Source: an uncultured cyanobacterium
GTDB lineage: Bacteria > Cyanobacteriota > Cyanobacteriia > Cyanobacteriales > Nostocaceae
NCBI GenBank assembly: GCA_963740315.1
Contig: CAVUDP010000002.1
Span: forward strand, 3,136,001 to 3,200,000
DNA length: 64,000 nt
Direction: 5' to 3'
Positions 41,727-50,982 of this stretch are shown piece after piece (positions within the stretch are counted from its first letter, which is position 1; each line of letters begins with the position of its first letter). Both the position numbers and the translations under genes were made by a program. Under the pieces are notes generated by a model. It ran no database searches, had not been told where the DNA came from, and worked only from the letters and a program-made list of their open reading frames with translations.

Positions 41727-42683
41727 TCACCCTCTCACTCGTCGTCTAATTTCATAACCACCAAGTAACGCCATTGCTACTATCAAAGGTAGTAAATAGT
41801 AAACCGCTCGAAATGCTAACAGCGAACCCAAAGCCGCAGCGGAATTAACTGATGTTGGTAGCAGCAATAAAGTAACTGTTTCAAACACACCTAAACCACC
41901 AGGAACATGACTAATAATGCTGACAATCATCGCTAATAGGTAAATACCAAAAAAACCCGGATAGGATAAAGGGGTATTAGTTGGAAGTAAAACATAAAGT
42001 ACTCCAGCAGCAAATGCCCAATCAAGAAAAGAAACTGTTATTTGTGTTAGAGATGAAGTTAAACTTGGGATGGCAAAACTTTTTCCTTTGATGATTAACG
42101 GCTTTTTTCTAACAGCGCAAAGTATCAGATATGTAATTACAATTAGTAATAAAATAAACCCGATAGGATGAACCGAAACGAAAGGTAATTTTAATAAACT
42201 GGGTAAAGTTAAAGGTTCTATTAAAAAAGTTATTCCACCAACAGCAAATAATCCCAACCAAAAACACAGATTTTCAAAGGCAATAATTAAAGCAATTATT
42301 CGTGCTGGTACTCCCCAGTGAGAATAGAATCGATAGCGAATTGCACCACCAGATAAAGTTGCAAAACCTACTATATTACTGATAGCATGGCTGAGAAAGC
42401 CTACGAATAGAATTTTACCAGTACTTATGGGGTATTTAGAGTAACGAAAAGCGATAATATCGTAACTTGCAAAGGCAAGATAGCCTAAAGCAGTGAAAGC
42501 AATTGCCAAGCTTAACCTGAACCACGAAATTGCTTTTAAACTTCGCATTACTTCTGTTAATTGGTAATGCCGTATTTCTTGATTCAACGCCCACAAGCAT
42601 ACAATTAGAATTCCCAAACCGAAAAAGGGAAGCAGACGGTTAATTAGCTTTTCATTCATCTTATATATAGTAATTATTTGCAA
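41727..42683 (-). CDS. Lysylphosphatidylglycerol synthase TM / MprF flippase-like domain protein (UPF0104)
   Basis: SGGAIRYRFY, SHVPGGLGVFE, LLAFRAVYYLLP. Confidence 0.88.
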   Translation of the reverse strand: MQIITIYKMNEKLINRLLPFFGLGILIVCLWALNQEIRHYQLTEVMRSLKAISWFRLSLAIAFTALGYLAFASYDIIAFRYSKYPISTGKILFVGFLSHAISNIVGFATLSGGAIRYRFYSHWGVPARIIALIIAFENLCFWLGLFAVGGITFLIEPLTLPSLLKLPFVSVHPIGFILLLIVITYLILCAVRKKPLIIKGKSFAIPSLTSSLTQITVSFLDWAFAAGVLYVLLPTNTPLSYPGFFGIYLLAMIVSIISHVPGGLGVFETVTLLLLPTSVNSAAALGSLLAFRAVYYLLPLIVAMALLGGYEIRRRVRG

Positions 42684-42756
42684 ATATCAGCCAATCTTAA
42701 TTATTATCCAATCGTTGCTGCAACAATTCTTCCAACTTTGCCAAATGCTGCTTTTG

Positions 42757-43263
42757 TTATTTGAGCATTTGCATAACTTCCACTATTTGCTGTTCGCGCA
42801 ATTGATTAAGTTTATCGTGTACTAACTCAATTTCTAATTCTGCTTTTTTATTAACTTCGTAGTCATATTTTGCATCTTGACGATCGATTGTAGCCTGACG
42901 ATTTTGGCTCATCATAATGATCGGAGCCGCATAAGCTGCCTGAAAAGATAACATCAAATTGAGTAAAATAAATGGGTATGGGTCCCAATGTTGAGAAAAA
43001 GCTACGACATTTAAAAGAACCCAAAAGAATAAAATAACACTTTGAATAATAATAAAGCGCCAAGAACCCATTGTTGCAGCAACCGCATCTGCAACGCGAT
43101 CGCCTAATTTGCTCCTCTGGTTTGGCGGGTTTTGGGCTGGTTTGCGTTCCCTAAGTTTTACTAGTAACTTATATTCTTCCGGACTAACACGAGCGCGTAA
43201 GTTCCTATTACTTTTCATATTGGATTTTACATATTTATTATAGGTCGATCGAATTATTAGCAC
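42757..43263 (-). CDS. DUF1003 membrane protein (possible premature stop)
   Basis: GSWRFI, WDPYPFILLNL.LS.QAAYAAPIIMMSQNRQ. Confidence 0.88.
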   Translation of the reverse strand: MLIIRSTYNKYVKSNMKSNRNLRARVSPEEYKLLVKLRERKPAQNPPNQRSKLGDRVADAVAATMGSWRFIIIQSVILFFWVLLNVVAFSQHWDPYPFILLNLMLSFQAAYAAPIIMMSQNRQATIDRQDAKYDYEVNKKAELEIELVHDKLNQLREQQIVEVMQMLK

Positions 43264-43348
43264 TAATGTTGTTTTGAATTTTTAAATTTATATACTGTTA
43301 TAGACTTATAAATCCAATATTCATGCATTTATTAGTTAAAAATATTAC

Positions 43349-44083
43349 TTATCTATTCTCTACGTGTCTTGAATTTGAAGAGTGAAGAAAACGGTATTTC
43401 CATAACTTGAGCATGGTGATAGAAAGCATTAGCCACAAATAACCAACTCCATAACCAGCAATCACATCTGTTGGCCAATGTACCCCTAAATATAGCCGAC
43501 TCAAACCAATAGCACCGATTAATATAGCAGCAAAAATATAAATTATTTTAGAATATTTAGGATAATGAGACGATAGTAAATAAGCTATAAAACCATATAT
43601 TACCATCGAACCTAATGCATGACCGCTAGGATAACTAAAGCTCGTTTCATTAATTAATTGCTCCCAAAGTTGCGGACGCGATTTATTAAAGGCTAATTTT
43701 AAACCATAACTAAGCACAGTACCTCCAAGGGCATGAATTCCGAATATTTTGGCTTCTTGTCGATACCTCTTCCACCAAAGTATTCCAAAGCTACTAATGG
43801 TAATAGCGACCATAATCGTAGGATTACCTAGTTTTGTGATATTGAGCATGATACTATCCCATGTGGGATTAGCAAATTGATGTATCCATAGCAAAATAGT
43901 TTTATCAAAAGCAAAGGCTTCGTTTTCCCAAACTTCTTCTGAAAGCTCAGATAGAATATGGATAATTATTAAACAAGTGGCTAAACCAATAATTCCAGTA
44001 GTCGTAATTAAAGAAGCTATACGAGGATGTACGCGAGTAAACCAGAAGTTTATTAGTTTGCGTAGCGAATCTTGCACGTTCAT
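43349..44083 (-). CDS. PAP2-family phosphatase
   Basis: K...RP, SYPSGH, SRLYLGVHWPTDV. Confidence 0.92.
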   Translation of the reverse strand: MNVQDSLRKLINFWFTRVHPRIASLITTTGIIGLATCLIIIHILSELSEEVWENEAFAFDKTILLWIHQFANPTWDSIMLNITKLGNPTIMVAITISSFGILWWKRYRQEAKIFGIHALGGTVLSYGLKLAFNKSRPQLWEQLINETSFSYPSGHALGSMVIYGFIAYLLSSHYPKYSKIIYIFAAILIGAIGLSRLYLGVHWPTDVIAGYGVGYLWLMLSITMLKLWKYRFLHSSNSRHVENR

Positions 44084-44157
44084 ATATTTATTTTTCCCAA
44101 TTAATATAAAGTCCTGTAAAATAAATTTGATTTAAGCTGTTAATTGTATCTATTACG

Positions 44158-45552
44158 TTGCATTTACTCAAAGGATTGGACTATGAAGAAAGTTTATTAG
44201 CAGTAGTATTATTAGTTCAATTAATTTTAATGCGCGGTTTATTTACCGCACAATCTGACCGTCCTTCGATTGCTCAAGGAATTAGAGTTTTGATAATAGC
44301 TCTGTTATTTACTTTAACTTACGGTACGGTTGGCTTTTTTCTACTAAATAAACAATATAGTGTAAATTTCAATTTGCTAGAAGCATTGCAACAAACTCTG
44401 GCAATGTTTTTCACTTTTGATAATGCAGGTTTGCAGCCAACTACTAGATTTGGACGCTTCTTTTCTAATTCGATATATTTCGTCGGCGCTACTACTTTAA
44501 TTTATGCTTTATTCATGCTTCTGCATCCGGTACTGTTAAGAACTACTTTTGAAACAGAAAGACAATATGTGAAAGAAGTTGTCGAGCAGTATGGTAAATC
44601 TTCTTTGGCAAGGTTTACTCTATTTAATGATAAAGCTTATTATTTGAGTCCTACTGGTAAAAGTGTGATTGCTTACGTTCCTAAAGGACGTGGTGCAGTG
44701 GCTTTGGGCGACCCCATTGGGGCTAAAGAAGACCGTAAGGATGCCATAAAAGGTTTTCAGGAATTTTGCGCTCAAAATGATTGGTATCCGAGCTTTTATC
44801 AAACTTTACCAGATGACCTGGATCTGTATAAATCTTTAGGTTTTAAAGTTGTTCAAATCGGAGAAGAAGCGATTGTCGATCTAAAAGCTTTTACCGTTGA
44901 AGGTAAAGCCGGAAAGAATTTAAGAACGGCTATAAATCGCTTTGCTAAGTTAAATTATCAAGTCAAATTTTATCAGCCACCGATTGATAATGAGTTATTA
45001 CAAAAACTAAAAGTTATCAGCGATCAATGGTTGAAAATGATGCAGGGTTCCGAAAAAAGATTTTCGGTTGGTTGGTTTGATGAGGATTACCTGCGCGATT
45101 GTGAAATTGCCGTGGTGGAAACGAATGATGGTGAAATTAGCGCTTTTGCTAATATTATCCCCGAATATCAATTAAATGAAATTACCATTGATTTAATGCG
45201 ACGTAAAACAGAAGTTGAAAATGGAACAATGGATTTCTTGTTTATTTCGATGTTTAAATATTTCAAAGATAAAGGATATGAAGGCTTTAATCTCGGTTTG
45301 TCAGCCCTTTCTGGAGTGGGTGAAAATCAAGAATCACCCAAGTTACAAAAGGGTTTACATTATCTCTACGAACATTTGAATCGATTTTACAACTTTCAAG
45401 GGCTGCACGGATTCAAAGAAAAGTTTAAACCTCGTTGGGAACCCCGTTATTTAGTTTACCCAAGTCTAAATAGTTTACCCGATGTAATCATTGCTTTAGT
45501 CAGGGCTGATTCTGGGGATAGACTTTTGGATTACTTTAAATCTGGAACTTAA
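44158..45552 (+). CDS. Phosphatidylglycerol lysyltransferase (MprF synthase/DUF2156) domain protein, apparently 5'-truncated
   Basis: HLLKGLDYEE, ALGDPIG, IGEEA, IDLMRR, NGTMDFL, YNFQGLHGFKEKF.P.WEPRYL. Confidence 0.85.
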   Translation: MHLLKGLDYEESLLAVVLLVQLILMRGLFTAQSDRPSIAQGIRVLIIALLFTLTYGTVGFFLLNKQYSVNFNLLEALQQTLAMFFTFDNAGLQPTTRFGRFFSNSIYFVGATTLIYALFMLLHPVLLRTTFETERQYVKEVVEQYGKSSLARFTLFNDKAYYLSPTGKSVIAYVPKGRGAVALGDPIGAKEDRKDAIKGFQEFCAQNDWYPSFYQTLPDDLDLYKSLGFKVVQIGEEAIVDLKAFTVEGKAGKNLRTAINRFAKLNYQVKFYQPPIDNELLQKLKVISDQWLKMMQGSEKRFSVGWFDEDYLRDCEIAVVETNDGEISAFANIIPEYQLNEITIDLMRRKTEVENGTMDFLFISMFKYFKDKGYEGFNLGLSALSGVGENQESPKLQKGLHYLYEHLNRFYNFQGLHGFKEKFKPRWEPRYLVYPSLNSLPDVIIALVRADSGDRLLDYFKSGT

Positions 45553-45690
45553 TTATTAAAAGCTTTGATATAGGAATCCGGCTTAAATATTGAAACCATT
45601 CGTTATCAAAGGGAACAGGGAACAGGGAATAGGGAACAGAAATTGTATTGAAACTATAAGTAATTTAAGCATCATTCAAAAGTCAATTTT

Positions 45691-46158
45691 TTATAAACTG
45701 ATTTCTTTCCATAATCGAGCTTCTGCAAAACGACTAAGATGTTTAACGTTAGTTGTCGCTATTACAACATTACGACTGGGAAATTCTTCTTTAAGCATCT
45801 GCCAATGACCGCAGATTATAATGTCAATATCAAGTGTTTTATTGTCTGCTGTCGGTACTCCTTGAATACGGGCTTTTGCCCACAGCGAAGCGGCTCTTGT
45901 TAATAATAAGGGTGAAATAGGTAAAAAGTCTATTAATTCTCTCAATTCATCGAAGTTTTTAATGCTATTTAAATGAGGCTTTTTATTACTTTCTAAGATT
46001 AGATTTCTCCTAACTTCATAGTCGCATAAATCAGAAGAGCAAATATAAACACCCTGAGAAAATAACCTATATAGCCATTGTTCGCAATCACTGGCTTCGC
46101 CTAATTTATTTGGATTGGCAAGAATTCCTAATACTCCAGAATCGATAAAAACTATCAT
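45691..46158 (-). CDS. PIN-domain (VapC-like) toxin
   Basis: VFIDSGVLG, YEVRR, DIDIII, ATTNVKHL. Confidence 0.85.
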   Translation of the reverse strand: MIVFIDSGVLGILANPNKLGEASDCEQWLYRLFSQGVYICSSDLCDYEVRRNLILESNKKPHLNSIKNFDELRELIDFLPISPLLLTRAASLWAKARIQGVPTADNKTLDIDIIICGHWQMLKEEFPSRNVVIATTNVKHLSRFAEARLWKEISL

Positions 46159-46550
46159 GTCTGTGAATATAATTTATGTCCTGGAAGTCTATCTCTATCA
46201 ATAGAATGTTTAAATGAATCAAACAATTCTGCTCGTTCTTTTGATTCTTCTTCAGGCATATTCTGATGCCGCTTTATACGTTGAGTCAAAAGAGATATCG
46301 CTTTTTGATTTTTCTGTAACTGCTCTTCTTTGTTCCAGTCGGAATATATATTATTAGCTTGCTTTGCTTTCTCTAATTGCAAAATTCGTTTCAGTGCGCT
46401 AGCATCCGATGCTTCTAAAATAATAGGCTTTGTATAACCCGACATTAAGAGATGATAACTAATTTTATTCTCATCATCGTTAGGAATCAAAGCAATAAAA
46501 TTAGCTATATTCAAAATTTTTCCGCTAGGAAGTTCTACAGAATTGTTCAT
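46155..46550 (-). CDS. Putative antitoxin, translationally coupled to PIN gene
   Basis: ATGA overlap; C-terminal QLQKNQKAISLL...IDRDR..GHKLY. Confidence 0.65.
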   Translation of the reverse strand: MNNSVELPSGKILNIANFIALIPNDDENKISYHLLMSGYTKPIILEASDASALKRILQLEKAKQANNIYSDWNKEEQLQKNQKAISLLTQRIKRHQNMPEEESKERAELFDSFKHSIDRDRLPGHKLYSQT

Positions 46551-46685
46551 ATAGAGAAAGCTTATTTTAGTAATTTCCTTACTATTTTACCAAAAAGGCG
46601 ATAAAGGAATTACCAAGCAGGTTACATCAAATAGTATTAGCTAAGTTGAAAACTGGCGCAATTTATCTTGAATAAGTAAGGTTTC

Positions 46686-47657
46686 TTAAAGCCCCAAATC
46701 CTCATCCAAACCGAGCATAATATTCAGATTCTGCACCGCCGCACCGGAAGCACCTTTCCCTAAATTATCCAATCGCGCTACTAATAAAGCTTCTTTCGTT
46801 TCATCATTCGCAAATACAAAAACTTGCACTAAGTTGGTATTATTCGCTGCTTGAACATCAAGAAACTTACCCTTGCGTAAGGAACCATCATCGTTTAAAG
46901 GCGCGACGGAAACGTATTTTTCGTTTTGATAATATTCTTCGAGCGTTTTATGAATCAATTCACCACTAAGTTTATTTTTAAGTTGATTTTGCAGCGAGTG
47001 TAAAGGTAAAGGAATCTGCACCAACATTCCTTTTTCAAAATTACCTACAGCGGGAACAAATAATGGTGGAGACTGCAAACCCGAATGCTCGTGCATTTCT
47101 TTGACGTGTTTATGTGCGAAAGTTAAACCGTAGATTCCGTAAGCATAACTGTTTGCTTGTTCCTCAGAAGCGCTTTGATATTCTTCCATCAGTTTTCTTC
47201 CTCCTCCCGAATACCCAGAAATGGCGTTGATAGTTGCAGGAAAATCTTTGGGGATAATACCTGCTGCTACTAAAGGACGCATGCAGGCTAAAAACCCGGT
47301 TGGGTAGCATCCGGGGTTACTGACTCGTGTAGCGTTTCTAATTTCTTGCCGACGTTTTTGTTCTAATTCGGGAAAGCCGTACACCCAGCCACTGGCAACG
47401 CGATGAGCGGAACTTGCATCTAATATTTTGACGCTGGGGTTGGTGACAAAACTGACGGCTTCGCGGGCTGCATCATCGGGTAAACAAAGAATGGCAACGT
47501 CTGCTGAGTTGATGAAGTGCGATCGCGCTTGAGCATCTTTGCGTTTTTCTGGAGGTATGCTGACAATTTCAATATCATCGCGCTCGTTTAAACGCGAGTG
47601 AATTTGCAATCCTGTGGTACCTTCTGCGCCATCAATAAAAACTGTAGGTTTGCCCAT
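46686..47657 (-). CDS. argC: N-acetyl-gamma-glutamyl-phosphate reductase (type 2)
   Basis: FIDG.EGTTGL, NPGCYPTG, SGYSGGG, DNLGKGASGAAVQN. Confidence 0.95.
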   Translation of the reverse strand: MGKPTVFIDGAEGTTGLQIHSRLNERDDIEIVSIPPEKRKDAQARSHFINSADVAILCLPDDAAREAVSFVTNPSVKILDASSAHRVASGWVYGFPELEQKRRQEIRNATRVSNPGCYPTGFLACMRPLVAAGIIPKDFPATINAISGYSGGGRKLMEEYQSASEEQANSYAYGIYGLTFAHKHVKEMHEHSGLQSPPLFVPAVGNFEKGMLVQIPLPLHSLQNQLKNKLSGELIHKTLEEYYQNEKYVSVAPLNDDGSLRKGKFLDVQAANNTNLVQVFVFANDETKEALLVARLDNLGKGASGAAVQNLNIMLGLDEDLGL

Positions 47658-48328
47658 AATTCCATACCTTTCCTGAAAAACTCGGAGATGCTTTTATATT
47701 TTCTCATCAATGTTGTGTAATTTCCACCATTGTTTATTCGTACAATTGGTTAAATTAATAATTAATTCAATGTGTATATTGTTTCATCTATTTAATTTCT
47801 TTCAGATATAAATGCCCATAAACATAGGTTTTATATGCGATTGATATAGCTAGTCGATAAAGCGTTTTATTGAGACTAAATTATTAATATTGCGATCGCT
47901 ATAATCTACGGAGATCGTTGTTATTTATGAATACTTTTTTATACGGACTATTTTGAGATAATTTCATTATTTAAATTCTTTATTCAAAATTAAATCATAT
48001 ATTATTTATTATAATTTAAGCGAATTACTAAAGCATTTATATAGAAAATACAAGTACTCAAGGGCTGAATTCACTATAAAGAATTTAAAAAATACAACTA
48101 TTGTAATTTAGAAAAATGATTTACTGTTTCAAATGATTTTAATTTTTGAAATGCCCCTACATTAACAGCTTGAAGTTATTGTAATATTGTTTGATTTTGT
48201 GAAATCAGGAAAAACAATAGATATCTAATATTCGATTTGTTTATATTCATAAAATTGCGGTAATTCATAACTTAGTATGTGAATGGTTACGTCATAACCC
48301 TAAGTAGAACTCTAAAGGAAATAAAAAA

Positions 48329-50041
48329 ATGGATGATGAAAATACTATTTCAGTTCTAGAAACCGATACTGTGAATGATTCGGATGTTGATGCAACCGAC
48401 ACTACGAATGATTCGGATGTCAATCCAACCGAGCAAACCGACACTACGAATGATTCGGATGTTGATGCAACCGATGCAACCGATGCAACCGATACTGTGA
48501 ATGGTTCGGATGTCGATCCAACCGAGCAAACCGACACTACGAATGATTCGGATGTTGATGCAACCGATGCAACCGATGCAACCGATACAACCGATACAAC
48601 CGATACTGTGAATGGTTCGGATGTCAATCCAACCGAGCAAACCGACACTACGAATGATTCGGATGTTGATGGAACTGATGCAACCGATGCAACTGATGCA
48701 ACCGATACAACCGATACTGTGAATGATTCGGATGTCAATCCAACCGAGCAAACCGACACTACGAATGATTCGGATGTTGATGGAACTGATGCAACCGATG
48801 CAACTGATGCAACTGATGCAACTGATGCAACTGATGCAACTGATACTGTGAATGATTCGGATGTTGATGGAACTGATGCAACTGATGCAACTGATGCAAC
48901 TGATGCAACTGATGCAACTGATGCAACTGATACTGTGAATGATTCGGATGTTGATGGAACTGATGCAACTGATGCAACTGATGCAACCGATGCAACCGAT
49001 GGAACTGATGCAACTGATGCAACCGATGCAACCGATGCAACTGATGCAACTGATGCAACCGATGCAACCGATGGAACTGATGCAACTGATGCAACCGATG
49101 CAACTGATGCAACGGGTACTACGAATGGTTCGGATGTCGATGGAACTGGTACAATACCCGATTTAACTAATATACCTGCTCCCGCAGAAGATATATCTGA
49201 GGTAAGACAAGCTGAGTCAGAGTTTTCCCTACAGGAATCTTTGATCGTAGACAGCTTTATTGACAACGGTAGCTTTGAGGGTAGTTTCTTTGAACCAGAG
49301 CCGGGTACCGATACAGGCACTTTCCGGAATTGGCGAACCATTGGCGATACCAGCATTGAGACAAGAGAAATTGGCATCGCCCCTACCGATGGAGAATCCC
49401 AGGCTTTAATTACCAATGGTTTTAGTGATTCAGGTGGTTCGGTTGAAGAATCAGATTTGTCAGAATTTTTGGATTTAACACCTGGTTCTCTCGATGCTCT
49501 GCTTGAAGGGAATGCAACAGAAGGATCGGGAATCAAACAAACATTTATCGCACTAGCTGGCGATATTTTAGAGTTTGACTATACCCTTCTTACCAATGAA
49601 GCTACGCCATCGGCAACTTTCAACGATTCAGCTTTCTTCACTCTTGGTAATTCTGTTGACAATCCTTCTGAAGATCCCATTACCAACCCTGTTGGCAACT
49701 TTGCTTTAGAACTAAGCGATACATTCGATCCAACTTTCTCTAGCGATAATCCTGTAGAAGGTTATTTAGAAGCTACAGACACTCAAACAATTAGAATTGC
49801 AATTTCTGAAGCTGGAAGATATGAGTTAGGCTTCGGAATTGTAGATTTAACTGATACTATTGCCGATTCTGGCATATTGATTGACGATGTAAAGCTGATC
49901 CCAATCGGTGTTGGTCCTTTCGGTTCGCAAAGTGTTGATGGTTCTGTCCAAACTGAAAATGGTACTATTAATCCGTCGGTAAATTTCACTTTTGGAAATA
50001 ATGGTTTTGAACCTGCGATCGCTTCTCCAGAGTCCCTTTAA
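48329..50041 (+). CDS. Highly acidic protein with (DAT)n and NDSDV repeats plus a C-terminal beta-rich domain
   Basis: Long ORF with AAGGA RBS and downstream terminator; non-repetitive C-terminal ~290 aa. Confidence 0.8.
   Translation: MDDENTISVLETDTVNDSDVDATDTTNDSDVNPTEQTDTTNDSDVDATDATDATDTVNGSDVDPTEQTDTTNDSDVDATDATDATDTTDTTDTVNGSDVNPTEQTDTTNDSDVDGTDATDATDATDTTDTVNDSDVNPTEQTDTTNDSDVDGTDATDATDATDATDATDATDTVNDSDVDGTDATDATDATDATDATDATDTVNDSDVDGTDATDATDATDATDGTDATDATDATDATDATDATDATDGTDATDATDATDATGTTNGSDVDGTGTIPDLTNIPAPAEDISEVRQAESEFSLQESLIVDSFIDNGSFEGSFFEPEPGTDTGTFRNWRTIGDTSIETREIGIAPTDGESQALITNGFSDSGGSVEESDLSEFLDLTPGSLDALLEGNATEGSGIKQTFIALAGDILEFDYTLLTNEATPSATFNDSAFFTLGNSVDNPSEDPITNPVGNFALELSDTFDPTFSSDNPVEGYLEATDTQTIRIAISEAGRYELGFGIVDLTDTIADSGILIDDVKLIPIGVGPFGSQSVDGSVQTENGTINPSVNFTFGNNGFEPAIASPESL
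48362..49150 (+). repeat. Intragenic hierarchical tandem repeats (9-bp GATGCAAC[C/T] within longer units)
   Basis: Direct observation. Confidence 0.92.
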
Positions 50042-50093
50042 TAATTAAATCCGCGAACATTTGTTTGTAGTCTCCATGTAGAGCAATAAACTC

Positions 50094-50138
50094 AAACCCG
50101 GTTTCGGCGCTCCTAACCCTCGAAACCGGGTTTTTTTT
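50094..50138 (+). terminator. Rho-independent terminator
   Basis: aaacccggtttcg...cgaaaccgggtttttttt. Confidence 0.75.
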
Positions 50139-50244
50139 GCGCGATCGCTGAATTAGTTAAGAATATTTGTGTAACAATTAATGGAATAATAGGTTTATTT
50201 GTAACATTAATTTAATAGACCGATTTTTCCTGTCATAATTCAAA

Positions 50245-50901
50245 ATGAAATCCGCGAATCGCAGGCTGTTTCTTGTTATTGGTTTAGTTGTACTTCTAGT
50301 TTTTGGCTACGGAGGCTATCAAGTTGGGCGCTATTTTTTGAGCGGACGTACAGCAAGTAATTCGGCAAATACGGAAGCTAAAAAAGACGACAAAGTTAAA
50401 ATGAGTTTGGGTAATTTTCAGGAACTTGAAGGTACGCCTTATTTGATGGCACCTGTTAGTTCTCAAGAAAATAATCGTGAAAATTCTTACAATAAAAAAG
50501 CTTCGCGTATTCGTAACTATTTATTTGTCAACACTAACGATAAATCTGCACGGCGATTGGTTTCTACAAATGACTTTTTGTTTTTAAATGCCCAAGAAGT
50601 AGTTCTGCAAAGGCGTGAAGATAAAATTGTTAGCGGAATGTGGTATGAAGTGGTTAAAGCTGATAGCAATAAAGATCGACGTTTAGACGATCGAGATAAG
50701 AAAGCGATCGCCATTTCTGATATTTCCGGAAGCGATTATACGGAAATAATTGATGAAGTCGATCGGGTATTAGGTTCGTATCAGAAGAATTCAACGACTT
50801 TGTTTGTATTTTACGAATTTGACGGTAGAGAGTATGTAGGTGAAATTAGTATTCCTAGACGTGTATTAGTTGAAAAACAAGTATTACCTTCAATTAGGTG
50901 A
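50245..50901 (+). CDS. Hypothetical membrane-anchored protein with EF-hand-like DSNKDRRLD motif
   Basis: N-terminal TM; RNYLF and D.N.D..LD motifs. Confidence 0.7.
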   Translation: MKSANRRLFLVIGLVVLLVFGYGGYQVGRYFLSGRTASNSANTEAKKDDKVKMSLGNFQELEGTPYLMAPVSSQENNRENSYNKKASRIRNYLFVNTNDKSARRLVSTNDFLFLNAQEVVLQRREDKIVSGMWYEVVKADSNKDRRLDDRDKKAIAISDISGSDYTEIIDEVDRVLGSYQKNSTTLFVFYEFDGREYVGEISIPRRVLVEKQVLPSIR

Positions 50902-50920
50902 ATCATTAATTCCGACGGGT

Positions 50921-50946
50921 TGTAGAGACGTAGCACTGCTACGTCT
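50921..50946. repeat. GTAGAGACG-type REP palindrome (other copies near 18146, 27699, 29695, 38994, 41314)
   Basis: tgtagagacgtagcactgctacgtct. Confidence 0.7.
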
Positions 50947-50982
50947 TCCTAAAGTTACGGGAAAAAGTTCACTTACGTCAAA

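Noticed and set aside
48292..49536. Long antisense ORFs (414, 131, 117 aa) and alternative-frame 75-aa ORF
   Set aside because: By-products of the stop-free 9-bp repeat; the + strand ORF has the RBS, globular domain and terminator
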